A DNA stretch of 52,674 nucleotides from Nemertoderma westbladi (taxonomy: Eukaryota > Animalia > Xenacoelomorpha), in assembly GCA_032718475.1 (NCBI GenBank), contig JAUCBJ010001329.1, positions 1 through 52,674 on the forward strand, read 5' to 3'. Below the pieces are notes generated by a model, which made no database searches, was not told the origin of the DNA, and was given only the letters and a program-made list of their open reading frames with translations. The position numbers and the translations under genes are program-made. Below, one piece after another: positions 40,015-52,674 of the stretch; the first letter of the stretch is position 1, and the number at the start of each line of letters is the position of its first letter.

Positions 40015-41875
40015 GAATTACCGGATCGGGAATTATCCAGATCGGTATATTATCCAGATCGGGATATTATCCAGATCGGGATATTATCCATATCGGGATA
40101 TTATCCAGCGGCCAGGTTGGAATTCATGCATGAGCGCGCAGGTACGCTTTGTTGTTTTGAAATCACCGCGCACCTGAAATTGGCTCGTCGCGCACCTCAT
40201 CATATGTCATAATCCAAACAAAATCGCGCAGCTCATGTCATGCATATCTCAAAAAATCGCACAGTTCATAAGAACAATTTTACATTCCTATTTTACAAGT
40301 TTGAGCGTTTTAAGCTTATCTTTACGTCTGTCTGTCTGTACGTTGAATCTAGGCTTACATAATAAATGTAATTTTTGCAACATCAAAATTGTTAATATTA
40401 AAAAATATTTTTTTAATCCACTACTATGGTGGCCCATCGGGCTCACTGCTTTTATAACAGAAAATATTATTTTAGATTACAAACAAAACATGTACCGGTA
40501 ATTTCAAAAAAACGAATATTGAAATAGGTACCAGTCTGCCAATAATACTTTGTATAGGCCTACCTAACAATTAGGCTTAAACATACAGTTGGCTTATAAT
40601 TAAGTCATACTTATAATACATTGTTACTTTCTGACTTTACCTGTTTACTAACGTAACATCGGCATAGCATAGACCTAATAACAATACAACAATAGAGTAC
40701 TGTAGTTAAAATAAATAGACAAATTCAGCTCCGGTTGCCGGTATTACAGTATTATGGTGAAGTGATTTGACTGTTTGAAGAATTGGAAATGAGAAACTAA
40801 TGCGAGCGCTGCGAGCGAAATTTTTTTGTGTATTTTCGTGATTTCAATTAATTTGTGGTGCGCATCAGAGGCAGAGCTGCGCGCTGAGGCGCAACGCGCA
40901 CCTGTCTCACACCCGAACGCGCACCTGTCTCACCCAAACGCGCATCTGGTTTTCGGTCATTCGCGCAGGTACGCGTCCGAGTTTTGCAGCATGAATTCCA
41001 ACCTGGTCCAGCGGGATATTATCCAGATTGGGAATTATCCAGATCGGGATATTATCCATATCGGGAATTATCCAGATCAGGATATTATCCAGATCGGGAA
41101 ATATCCAGATCAGGAGTTATCCAGATTAGAATATTATCCAGATTGGGAATTACCCAGATCAGGGTATTGTCCAGAACGGGAATTATCCAGATCAGGATTT
41201 ATCCAGATCAGGATATTATCCTGATCGGGTATTAGCCCAAACAGAATTTATCCCGATCCCGAACGTGAATTATCCAGATCCGGAATTATCCAGATCGTGA
41301 ATTATCCAGATCGGGATATTATCTAGATCGGGATATTATCCAGATCGAGAATTATCCAGATCGGAAATTATCCAGATAGGGATATTATCCTGATCGGGAA
41401 TTATCCAGATTAGGATATTATCCAGATCGAGAATTATCCAGATCGGGATATTTTCCAGATTGGGAATTATCAGATCATGATATTATCCAGATTAGGATAT
41501 TACCAGATCGGGAAATATCCATATCGGGAATTATCCAGATCGGTAATTATCCAGATCGGAAATTATCCAGATTGAGATATTATCCAGATCTTGAATATCC
41601 AGATCGGGATATTATTCAGATCGGGAATTTTCAAGATAGTGAATTATCCAGGTCGGGATATTATCTAGATCGGGATTACGGGATATTATCCAGATCGAGA
41701 ATTATCCAGATCGTTAATTATCTAAATCAGGATATTTTCCAGATTGGGAATTATCTAGATCGGGAATTTTCCAGATCGGGATATTATCCAGATCGAGAAT
41801 TATCCAGATCGGAAATTATCCAGATCGGGATATTATCAAGATTAGGATATTATCCAGATTGGGAAGAATAGGGTT
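40015..41875. repeat. 15/16-bp tandem array (ccagatcgggatattat / ccagatcgggaattat), interrupted by a MITE
   Basis: Units at 40015-40111 and 41007-41865. Confidence 0.93.
40112..41006. mobile_element. Non-autonomous DNA transposon with 18-bp TIRs and 8-bp TSD (hAT/P-like)
   Basis: CCAGGTTGGAATTCATGC...GCATGAATTCCAACCTGG; TCCAGCGG at 40104-40111 and 41007-41014; subterminal CGCGCA motifs. Confidence 0.9.
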
Positions 41876-44284
41876 TCGGCGCCTCAACTCTACATTTTCT
41901 CTCCTTGAGTTTTTGTTTCATTTTCCGAGTTTTTAACCCAACTTTTACTTTTCTACACATAATTATTACTTTATTTATTTTCTGTTTTATATACCGAATA
42001 ATCATCTGAGGATATATTTAATGCACACAAACAAACAACAATACTTTATACAACTAGAACTAGAAGAGCCCCTATTAAATTGGTGCAAAAAAACAACTTT
42101 ATGTTCTCTAGGATAGGGTTTACCAATTCTGTTTCACTTACCGGTTTATGCGATTTATTGGTTTGGTTATATATATACATTGGTTTTATTGTATTTATTT
42201 ACATTATATGTCACTACAACTACTCCGTTATGTTTTATATTATATACTTTGGTTTGATTTATAATATTTTTCGTGTCGCGGCTAGTTAATCTGTTCCGTC
42301 ACTCTCCGTCAGACCTCTATATAATCTTTATTTTTTAATTCTCAAAAAAAAAATATAATATATACAATTAGAAAGTGAACCCAAGATATACTTTGTGTAA
42401 TATAACGAGGAATAAGAAACTATAACGTAAGATTCGGGGCTAACAGGATTGTTTACCGGTGTACAATACGAGACAGTTGGCAACTATTCGGGATTGGGAT
42501 TTCAATTGTGAATTAAATGTTGTTTTAGGTTACGGTGTGATGTGGCAGTGAGGGACACGCTACTTTATATCACTTTAATTCTAACTGAGGAAATATTGGC
42601 AAAGTAAAAATTATATTAAAAAATAATTTATTATTGATTACTAGATATAATGTGGTTTACTGAATTATAAATCCGATATAATAATTACATTTCTGTTCTG
42701 GTTCAAAATTTCATCGGATATTCAACAAATTGACATTGACTATATCCAACTTTCTAACCATCCAGTAATCAACTATAAATAAATTATAATATTTTATCTT
42801 ACTAATATTTCAGCAGTGTGCAATGAAGTGAATAATTTTGCCAAAATCGCGCTACACTAACAGAATATACTGGAAACTGTAAGAAAATTTTATTCAAAAT
42901 TGCAATCCCGATTCCGGGACTGTTACATTTTTTGCCGTTATCCCAACTTTTCCTTCATTACATGTCGAGAGGTCATAATGTAAAAAAATATATTTGATTT
43001 TCAAGAACTCGTAATTTTAGAATAAAAATATATTTTGGCGTCATCTGTAATTCAGGGAATTGCTGTCACTCTGTGTTGTTTGGGACGGACGGGGTGCTTT
43101 CTTTTCTGCAATGTCACTGGTGATATTCACTTAAAGAAGTATCATATCATTTCATAAAAAATGAAAAATAAAAATGAATTTCATGAAAATTTAATTGAAT
43201 AAAAAAGATAAAATAACTGACGAAATGATACATGGAACGGTATATTATATCTTTTAAATATTTAAAGAAATTAATTTTGTATTCGTAGGTTATTGACTTA
43301 CAATAAAAGTAGAGTCAATTAATTGTTACTTTATTTATTAATTAGTTTTACAGGTGTATAAATATTTAGTTTGTGCAGTTGGGGTTCATAATGTTTTTTT
43401 TGTGATGGATATTTACTTGTGTGTGATGTTTGGGTAATTAGACTGTGTTTGTATCCTACTGTTTAAGGGAGTTACAGTAAATATAGTTTATTCTTTTGAG
43501 GTCAATGGTGAGATAAGAAATGAGGCCATTTCTTCAACAGTTTTATAAAAGTAAGAAAAATATTTATTAACCAACTTTTCATAAATATCTTCTTTTTCTC
43601 GAATCGCTGATTTCTTTATTAATAAATTATGTTTCAACATAATATATACTCACATTGCTATTTTTTCAAACTACTTTCTGGTATTTAATATAGTGCTAAT
43701 ATAATTGATAATTTCAGTTATTCGAGGGGCGTGATTCGATGTAATTTATTGTACTTTGTGGTGCGATGGTGTTTAAAAATGTCGCTATGGTATTTTTATA
43801 TTGTAATCACTTTGTTTTTGGATACTTACATGTCGACTCAATTTTTAAAAATAAACGAAATTTGAATTTCGGCAACTTTTTATTTATTTATTTGTAACTT
43901 TAATAGTTTTGTTTTCGGTAATTTCCAAGTCGAATTAATATTTTCTGACATAGGTCATAACAGACTTCCAACTGTTACACCCTTACTGATATCAATAAAA
44001 ATGAAACCCTAAAATTGGTAATTTATAGTCCACAGTTAGAGTTAGCGAGTTCAACACATTCGTGGGGCCTTCACGCAGCACGTGCATCAGGTATGAGGCA
44101 CAAATTAAAATTGAATGATTCTATCACAAAATCTATATATCCCCTTTTAATCTGCACACCAACCCATAAGGCATATAAAGTACTGACTGATGTAGTAGAT
44201 TGATAACCGGTATGTATTGACAGTGAATTTGTATTTTATAATTTAGATTGTGGCATTTGTGAAGAAATATTCTGTAGTGTGTAG

Positions 44285-44958
44285 TGTGCATTGTAATTGA
44301 CACAGTGAACCCGGCGTGTCATTCTTGTGAATGTGCCATCCAGAGATTTGGTGTCCTCAGCAGTTAGAGCCCAGCATGGACTCCCATAGAGGATTACTGG
44401 AACTACTGCTGCTCTAAATAATCGGGCCGTTTCCGATGAATTCTGTGTGATTTCCTAATCCTGGAAAGTCTATACAAGGCTGCCCATGCCTTTCCCTTAC
44501 GTATTCGTAGGTCCTCACCTGACATCCGGATCCATGATCCCAGGTAACAGAAGTCGTCCACATGCTCAAGCATACCATCTTTTGAGCTTATGCTCATCCG
44601 ATCAGAGACTTGCTGAGGACTTTCAAAGTTATCTGTCAAAATTTTGGTCTTTTGGAGTTAACAAAAAGACCAACACTGTCTAGAAGCAGCCTGTTCTAAT
44701 GAGCTGAGGAGCCGTTGGGCTCCCTCTAATGATTCTGAGAGTACTCCTAAGTCATCAGCAAAGTCTAGATCAGTTATGTACTTGGCAGGATTTACTCGAC
44801 TTCTGGAGCCAGTAGTTGGAGTTACTTCACCCCATCACCATTATGATGATCTAAGGACATGCGTAGAACATAGTAAACCACAATTATGAACAAGAATGGT
44901 GCAAGTGTGTCTCCCTGGAGGACGCCCCATAACACTTCAAATGGTTCTGTGTCACCGT
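44285..44958 (-). mobile_element. RTE-clade LINE family A fragment
   Basis: Matches 26258-26935. Confidence 0.92.
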
Positions 44959-45881
44959 TATTATACTACTATAAAATAATTAATTTCCCTTGAAAATATA
45001 CTTGAAAATACTGTTTTTTTTACTGTAATCAACTTAATTAACTAATTAACTGCTTTTATGTTAGCTTCTCGAAGGCCACACGCAAATTCAGCTTCAAAAG
45101 TATCTAAACTTTTGCCAGACTACATATGTACTGTACCAAGTTAGATTTTATCGAGGATTGGCTGAGTTATTAACGTTTAAGAATTGGACACGACAGACAC
45201 ACCGATTGAGTTAGTGGTACCTGAATTCTAAGCTCGCTTACTTTCGTGGCTCCCCCAACAAATACTATTTGCGGAAATTTCAAATTTGTGTTGGGGCCTA
45301 TTTTAGAGTGTAGCGGTTCTAGTTGTTTTCCACTCAATTGAATTCCCATTAATTCAACTTAGCACAATAACTCGTGTTATTAATCTAACAGTCTAACTGT
45401 CACTAACAGGGCTCGTGTTAGAACATTTTTTTCATGTTCCTTTCTGATGATTTTCTGACTGATTTTATATTTATCGTGGACTTGTCATAATGTCAGCTGA
45501 ATATGTGGCCCAGTGTAAGTAAGTATACCACCGGGTTGGTGTGGGGCAACTTCAGATCGGTTCATAACGCAAACTTGAAGATAAGTCGTTATTACTAGAT
45601 GATTTCACATCATAAATTTATAATAATCATATTATCCAGTATCTTTCAATACAAATAATAATACCTTATTTTCGGGATAGAGACCACTTTTTGAGCAGGA
45701 GGTCTAAACCCGTCTGTCTAACTTTTTTAAATAACCCGAACAATTTATTATTATCGCGTAAGACACCTATTAGAATAGCCAGTCAATCTAACATACAGTA
45801 GAACTTTTTTTTTTTTTTCAGAATTTTATTTTTAACCTACTACAACTACACTCACTAAACAATATAATAATTATCAGTTTA

Positions 45882-46277
45882 TTAATCAGTTTTTATTCGC
45901 GTACTAATTTTCTTTGGAACTAGGTAAGAACTTATATAGAATTTCAAAAATAGGAATATCATAGTTGTGGTTAACCCTATAATTAGAAGTGTGTACTCTA
46001 GAGAAAAAGGGCAACCTCGATACAACACAAAATATATCAGGAAACAATTAGCTGCGAAAAACTGAATTATTTGTAGGATCGTTAGGTAACGTTTCCATCC
46101 CAGATATTGTCGCATTGAGGGCCCACAACTGGATAGGAAGTAGTAGAAATACATGATGATGTGTATGAAAGAGTTAATAGCCCCACCGAACCAATTCATA
46201 CCCCCTGGGTAGGATCTAGCGCCAATCCAACTAATAAGAATAACAGCTGAGTGGTGGTAAACATGGAGGAATGTTAC
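45882..46277 (-). CDS. ELOVL4: Very-long-chain fatty acid elongase (ELOVL4-like), exon 2 of 2
   Basis: tttccag|VTFLHVYHHS (HxxHH box)..NSFIHIIMYFYY..WKRYLTILQIIQF; C-terminal RIKTD resembles an ER retrieval signal. Subfamily assignment tentative. Confidence 0.9.
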   Translation of the reverse strand, partial: VTFLHVYHHSAVILISWIGARSYPGGMNWFGGAINSFIHIIMYFYYFLSSCGPSMRQYLGWKRYLTILQIIQFFAANCFLIYFVLYRGCPFSLEYTLLIIGLTTTMIFLFLKFYISSYLVPKKISTRIKTD

Positions 46278-46892
46278 CTGGAAATAAATATAATAATTAT
46301 GTTATTGTTAACAGCTGCTGTAGAGAAACTGAAAGTAATTAACCTACAATATGTATGCCTACTAACAGACAAACTTACTCACTAAATAAGATAGTTCTTA
46401 TTGACATGTGGCAGATAATTGCGACAATCGACAATCTTAGAAAATTATTTTGCTTTAAAATAATATAATTATTACATTAAATTATGTTCGGGTTGCCTAT
46501 TGGGGTGTCGATTCAGCCTTCTCATACTGTAGAGTTAATGTTAAATGGAAAAATAGTGCCTAGAAGAAGTAAAAATTTTACTGTAAACTGTGTTCCTAAA
46601 TTTAGTTTATTGTTTTGGTTATAAAAGCCCGCCATTATAACTAGCTGCTCTCCTTTAAAAGGTACTGTACCTAAAATGGTGATTATCGAAATTAATTATT
46701 CGCGAAATTAAGTTAATACAGAATGTTAAAATAGGCTGAAACGACATGTGCGTTCTGGTTATAAATGGCTGATTGAGTACTGTATCACTGTGTGAGTGTT
46801 GCGTACGGTCCGTCTGACAATGGATCGGTATATGTACGATATGTACCGGTACAACTGTAGGCCTATACATACTGATGTTATTATTTACTTAC

Positions 46893-47315
46893 TTGATGTT
46901 GATTCTTCCGCAACACAAACATTACGGTATCCCCGAGCTCAACTATCTTACTAATGAAATAAAGATAGATTACATTAGCTAATCGTCTACCATTAGGGTT
47001 CATATCGTATTTTGGATTGGGAATAACCGAACAAGAGAAGTTTCCTTTACTACCCGAAAACGCCGATACAAATTCTATGAATAGATATAAGTTGGCTAGA
47101 GTAGCGACTAGATTGTACAACATCATGATTGGACGGATTTCTAATGGTTTACGGTTGGCCATTAGTCGGGGTCCAATGTAGATAACGAACGATACGTAGA
47201 CCAATAGGATGGAAGCGATTGTTTGGGGGGAGTTGAGTAACGGATAGGAAGCCATCCGCCAATCCGTATAGCTGAATGGCACGTAGAAACTATTGTTCTG
47301 GACTCCGGTCGCCAT
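46893..47315 (-). CDS. ELOVL4: ELOVL4-like elongase, exon 1 of 2 (spliced protein 272 aa)
   Basis: YPLLNSP..GPRLMANRKP..YFISKIVELGDTVMFVLRKNQHQ|gtaagt, phase 0. Confidence 0.9.
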
Positions 47316-47743
47316 AGTTACTGCTGTTATAAATTTTATATAATTAATTAAGGATTTATTTTGAGTTTGATTGGTTTAAGTTTATTTAATAATTGAGAAT
47401 CTATAAAACTCTATAAAACAATGCTAAACTTTCAAAATAATTAAAAGACCAAAATAATGTGTGGAATTATGTATAATATTTACTGTAGAATTAATACATT
47501 TTGCGTTTTAGAACAAAATAATTAGAAATATACTACAGACTTTACTGTAATTTAAAAAATATTTTCTATAAACACATTCCGTGTATAATAAAAATAATAA
47601 CAATAATTAGAAAGTATAGTCCTACAGTATAATTTCATTACAAAAAATTGTAAAGAAGAAATAGGCCTTCATTTTTTATTTTGTTTGCTTTAAATATATA
47701 TTATTTTGCTAGTGAACGTTGTTAATTTATTTGAAAACTAGAA

Positions 47744-48020
47744 AAAGTAAAGTAAATTTTCTTCGGCCGCTAGGCCAGGGATTACGCACAAAGTCTGACG
47801 ACTTATTTCCAGTGCGGTCCCCCCAGAACTTTACTCCCCAGAGAAAACTCCAGTACTCATTTAGCTACCACTTAAGGATGCAAGGCAGAGATGCGCCCTG
47901 GCTGGTCCCTTTAAAGTAGTCGTGCCGAAACGAAAACTGCCCTGGCACATGTGAGGATCGAACCCACGACCTACGGGAGATGTGAATTCAATGCAACCAC
48001 TACACCAAGGTGGAACCTTG
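47744..48020 (-). mobile_element. tRNA-derived SINE, copy 1
   Basis: Minus strand has A box TGGTGTAGTGG, B box GGTTCGATCC and a (TTTAC)n tail; second copy at 50621-50902. Confidence 0.9.
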
Positions 48021-48511
48021 GATTTTCATTATTTGGATTCTCTGAAATTTCATCTGAAAAATAGTTACAGTTAATTATTTTAATTAATTTAAAAATAGTG
48101 AAATACAGAAATTAGCATACAGCTAATTAATATTTGATTATTAATTAACATGCTGTAGGCCTGTTTGTATTGGTGTGTATCGGGATCGTACAGTATTAGG
48201 TTGCGAGACACATAGAACAATTTAATGGGTTATTTTGTTTTAAATTCGATACTAGACCTACTTTTTTAACGAAACATTGTTTCGACGATGTTACTGATTA
48301 TCGATGTTAATTAAGTAATTTGCTGTATTTGTATTGTATAATTTTTAATGATAATTAAATTTAATTACTACCTGTACTGTACTTGTTCCAGCTTAATTAG
48401 GTACTTTTTTTTATTTATATTTCTAATACTTAAACAGTATCGAACATTCCCTGCGTTCGAAGTAGCCGAAGTTCTCACTAATAGAAATTACAGTATTAAA
48501 AAATGGACTTA

Positions 48512-49691
48512 CGGTGGTGATTTGCCGCCATTTATTCCTTTTTTTCTAATTAAAATTTACTTTCCTTTTAATTCCTATTCTATACTACGATTTACTTTAC
48601 TTTTAATTCCTATTCTATACTACGATTTACTTTACTTTTAATTCCTATTCTATACTACGATTTACTTTACTTTTAATTCCTATTCTATACTACGATTTAC
48701 TTTACTTTTAATTCCTATTCTATACTACGATTTACTTTACTTTTAATTCCTATTCTATACTACGATTTACTTTACTTTTAATTCCTATTCTATACTACGA
48801 TTTACTTTACTTTTAATTCCTATTCTATACTACGATTTACTTTACTTTTAATTCCTATTCTATACTACGATTTACTTTACTTTTAATTCCTATTCTATAC
48901 TACGATTTACTTTACTTTTAATTCCTATTCTATACTACGATTTACTTTACTTTTAATTCCTATTCTATACTACGATTTACTTTACTTTTAATTCCTATTC
49001 TATACTACGATTTACTTTACTTTTAATTCCTATTCTATACTACGATTTACTTTACTTTTAATTCCTATTCTATACTACGATTTACTTTACTTTTAATTCC
49101 TATTCTATACTACGATTTACTTTACTTTTAATTCCTATTCTATACTACGATTTACTTTACTTTTAATTCCTATTCTATACTACGATTTACTTTACTTTTA
49201 ATTCCTATTCTATACTACGATTTACTTTACTTTTAATTCCTATTCTATACTACGATTTACTTTACTTTTAATTCCTATTCTATACTACGATTTACTTTAC
49301 TTTTAATTCCTATTCTATACTACGATTTACTTTACTTTTAATTCCTATTCTATACTACGATTTACTTTACTTTTAATTCCTATTCTATACTACGATTTAC
49401 TTTACTTTTAATTCCTATTCTATACTACGATTTACTTTACTTTTAATTCCTATTCTATACTACGATTTACTTTACTTTTAATTCCTATTCTATACTACGA
49501 TTTACTTTACTTTTAATTCCTATTCTATTTTGAATAAAAAGTAAAGTTAATAAAATAGGAATAAAAAGTAAAGTAAATCGTATAGTAGCCTACTGTAGAA
49601 TGGGAATCAAAAGTAATGTACAAATTGTAGTAGAAAGTAAATATTCATTAGAATTAATTCAAATTAGGAAAATGGCGGCAAATCACCACCG
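48512..49691. mobile_element. TA-flanked MITE carrying an internal satellite
   Basis: TA-CGGTGGTGATTTGCCGCCATTT...AAATGGCGGCAAATCACCACCG-TA (22-bp TIR). Confidence 0.88.
48566..49528. repeat. Near-perfect 35-bp tandem array, ~27 units
   Basis: Unit ttttaattcctattctatactacgatttactttac; printed lines recur every 420 bp (12 x 35). Confidence 0.97.
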
Positions 49692-50620
49692 TATGGAAGG
49701 CTGTTTGTAGAAAAAAAAATTATTAATTGTTTGTATTAATTATTAAGGTTGACTGATTTATGAATTCAACATTCAATTGAATTATTTTTTAAAATGCGGC
49801 CTTTAGATCCCAAAAAGTTACGATTTTCAAACATAAAAATAAATAAAAACTTTTGTAGTTACAGTACAATTTTAATCGTACACTAAATGTATTGCCTCGT
49901 CGACTGGTATTTATCTCGTATTGATCGATAACTGTATCCAACAAACATGTAGGCCTATACTAAACATAATCTCACAGTCGTGTACAAAGGACATATGTTA
50001 TAATGTTGTTGCTGTATTATACTTATATATGCATAAACCTGTTATCAGTTCCCTGGTGTAATGTATAGCTTTACAGTACATTATACACATTCCTATACTC
50101 GTACAAGTGATATGGTGTGATCTCTCGAGGTACAATGACCTCTTATTTTGCCAAACTGGGCCCATCTATTAATTACTGTGTTGAACTGCAGTACCTTATT
50201 GACCTGCACGAAACGAGGGAGGGGAATATATACAGTTACATTCCTCCATCCTATTCAATTAATTAATTAACTTCAAACTAAAAAAAAACTGCAGACCTTG
50301 GTGTGTACTGTTTGTAAGAAATGTAACGAAATTTTGCAGAAAGCATGTCCAATAAATACTCCATATGGGGTGTCGACAGAATTTTGATTGAGTGAATTCT
50401 ACGATTATGATCCTTCATTCTAGAATTCATTTCACTGTTGCTAAGCAACCAACAGGTCCCCAGCAACCAAAACCTTGCATACACAACTAGGTCCGATAAT
50501 TAACCTAACATCAAAGTTTCATCCAATTACATCAAAATTCAGGGCAAGAAGTTGTGAGTACAAACAAACAAACCAACACGCGTGAGAAATAAGGACATCC
50601 ACTTCTCGAATCCGTCCAAA

Positions 50621-50902
50621 AAAGTAAAGTAAAGTAAATTTTCTTCGGCCGCTTCGCCAGGGATTACGCACAAAGTCTGACGACTTATTTCCAGTGCGGT
50701 CCCCCCAGAACTTTACAACCCAGAGGAAACTCCAGTACTCATTTAGCTACCACTTAAGGATGCAAGGCAGAGATGAGCCCTGGCTGGTCCCTTTAAAGCA
50801 TTCGTGCCGAAACGAAAACTGCCCTGGCCCATGTGAGGATCGAAACCACGACCTACAGGAGATGTGAATTCAATGCAACCACTACACCAAGGTGGAACCT
50901 TG
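50621..50902 (-). mobile_element. tRNA-derived SINE, copy 2
   Basis: Highly similar to copy 1; possible GTCCAA TSD. Confidence 0.9.
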
Positions 50903-51739
50903 GTCCAATTATAAAACAAGTATCGGAATGTAGCTTTAACAACAAGGGGCACTATATTATTAATTAATCAATTCGTTACAAATTGTCACAAAGTTAGCAT
51001 AACATCATAACATCAGAAGACTCACAATCACTACTACGCGTCTAGTTTCCCGAACTTTTAGTTAAACTACAGTAGTTCGAGATACGGGCTGACCGGTGTT
51101 CTCTATTTTTATATAGATAATTTTAATTTATAGATCAAAAACGTTTTAAAGAAAAAAAAATACGAGATGATGACACTGGACACGTATTTTATGTCTCTAA
51201 TGACTTACTGTACTTTAATGACGCATTCTAATCAAGAGTTTCGATTGTACTGCTAAAATTTACTTAAAAAGTATTGATATTATTCGTGTAGCCTACGTTC
51301 TAAATATTAATCTATCGGGAAGAATTTTTAGTGAAATAAAGTTAATGAAAATAGTTCATTTAAGTTGTGAAATGAATAAAATACGGCCTAACGGTAATGT
51401 TATCATGTTCAGTTTGATAAAATATCATTAAGTTTTAATCCCCTTTTCCGCTTCTGCTCTCAATTCTGATCAGCAAAATAAGATTACGAGAGCCGAGATA
51501 TATAGCGAGCGAGTTCGCAACAAGGGGTCGGGAGGGAAAAAAGTTACTTTTATTCTATACTAAAAATAATTCCATTTAATTACTGAAACCTTTATTATTC
51601 AACGCAGAAATTTATAGGAATGAGCAAGTAAACATCATAAATTTTTGTTATAGTTGATTTGTTACCATGGATATATGGACCTACTATTTATTACAACTTT
51701 TTGTTGGGCGCAGGCACAGCTTTTGCAAAGTAGGCAATG

Positions 51740-51810
51740 ACGTCCAGGTGGGATCGAACTGGTAACATCCGAGTTGGAAGTCTGGCGCTCTAACCATTCA
51801 GCTAGCGGCA
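51740..51810 (-). mobile_element. tRNA-like head (second SINE family or tRNA pseudogene)
   Basis: TAGCTGAATGG A box and AGTTCGATCC B box; acceptor and T stems do not pair. Confidence 0.5.
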
Positions 51811-51894
51811 GGTTGTATGTCCGAACTTTACCCCCTCATGCTACCACTGTGCTCAACCCTACCGTACTTGGTCGCCTTATTAATGACACTGGTT

Positions 51895-52007
51895 CAAGGC
51901 CAGTGTTCTTTAAGAGGCGTCTCAAGAAAGTCATGGGCTGTCCACCATGCTTATTCACTACATGAGGCCGCCAAAGTGCAAGATTATACAATGGCTGGTC
52001 CTCACGC
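51895..52007 (-). mobile_element. Short RTE family A fragment
   Basis: Matches 26045-26156. Confidence 0.85.
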
Positions 52008-52439
52008 GTAAGCGAAATCAAAGTAAAAAAAACGAAATACCTACTTAACCATATCATCATGGTATTTGTGATAATTTGGAGCAATAAAACTAAAGACGTA
52101 GAGAAAGGTGTCTAATAATACAGGCAATGTTACATTGATACAATGTTTTTTGAAATTCGAATGTTGTTACACAAATTTATTGTTTATCATAAGAGTTAAT
52201 TAACTCAATCCAGCTAATAATTTTCCATAACATTCTCCCCTAGCTATGCGGTTGGTCCCACACTCGTCGGGGGTTTGTTGTAAATAAGAAGCACCATATA
52301 GTCCATTATGGCCTCGCTTAGTTCAGCTAGCGTTAATAGAGACATCCCCAGATACAATCCCACAAGTCCACCAATGTCTGAAGCAAGATCTGTCCACTAA
52401 AACAATCAATTATTATAATGGATAAATTTGTCGAACAGC

Positions 52440-52674
52440 GACTTCCCCAAACAACCCCCCCCCCCCCCCCCCCCCAGTCACTTCCCCCCTGGTCAAACCC
52501 ACCCCCCTCCCCAGTCACTTCCCCCCTAGTCAACCCACCCCCCCATCCACAGTCACTTCCCCCGTGGTCACTCCCCACCCTCTCAGTCACTTCCCCCTGG
52601 TCAATCATCACCTCCCCAGTCACTCCCCACCTAGTCAACCCCCCTCCCCCCCTTCCCCAGTCACTTCCTCCGTG
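52440..52674. repeat. C-rich degenerate tandem repeat (ccccagtcacttccccctggtcaa)
   Basis: Visible, runs off the window end. Confidence 0.8.

Noticed and set aside
40826-41871. ORFs with YYPDRELSRSG repeats
   Set aside because: Translations of the 15/16-bp non-coding array.
48566-49528. 35-bp repeat of CRISPR-like length
   Set aside because: Head-to-tail with no spacers; explained as a MITE internal array.
51740-51810. Functional tRNA gene
   Set aside because: A and B boxes are present but the cloverleaf stems do not pair.

Overview
AT-rich metazoan (invertebrate-type) nuclear DNA, not prokaryotic. Four host genes sit among dense, often nested transposable elements. The genes are an intronless acidic orphan ORF (1707-3242, -), a 3-exon HOATZ-like ciliary gene (28447-34129, -) with RFX X-boxes and an intron almost filled by a 63-bp satellite, an intronless GORASP/GRASP gene (38263-39777, +) and a 2-exon ELOVL4-like elongase (45882-47315, -). 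Retroelements: a CR1-type LINE, two RTE-type LINE families with (TAG)n tails, a gag-only BEL/Pao LTR element inserted into an RTE copy, a related solo LTR, a Gypsy integrase split by a LINE, and tRNA-derived SINEs. DNA elements: an intron-containing Helitron relic, several MITEs with clear TIRs/TSDs (one carrying a near-perfect 35-bp satellite) and Tc1/mariner-type excision footprints. Least explained: a degenerate triple-CCHC ORF (12.4-13.8 kb), a 1.3-kb TIR-less insertion with an 8-bp duplication, and the orphan protein. All identifications are by motif recognition; no searches were run.
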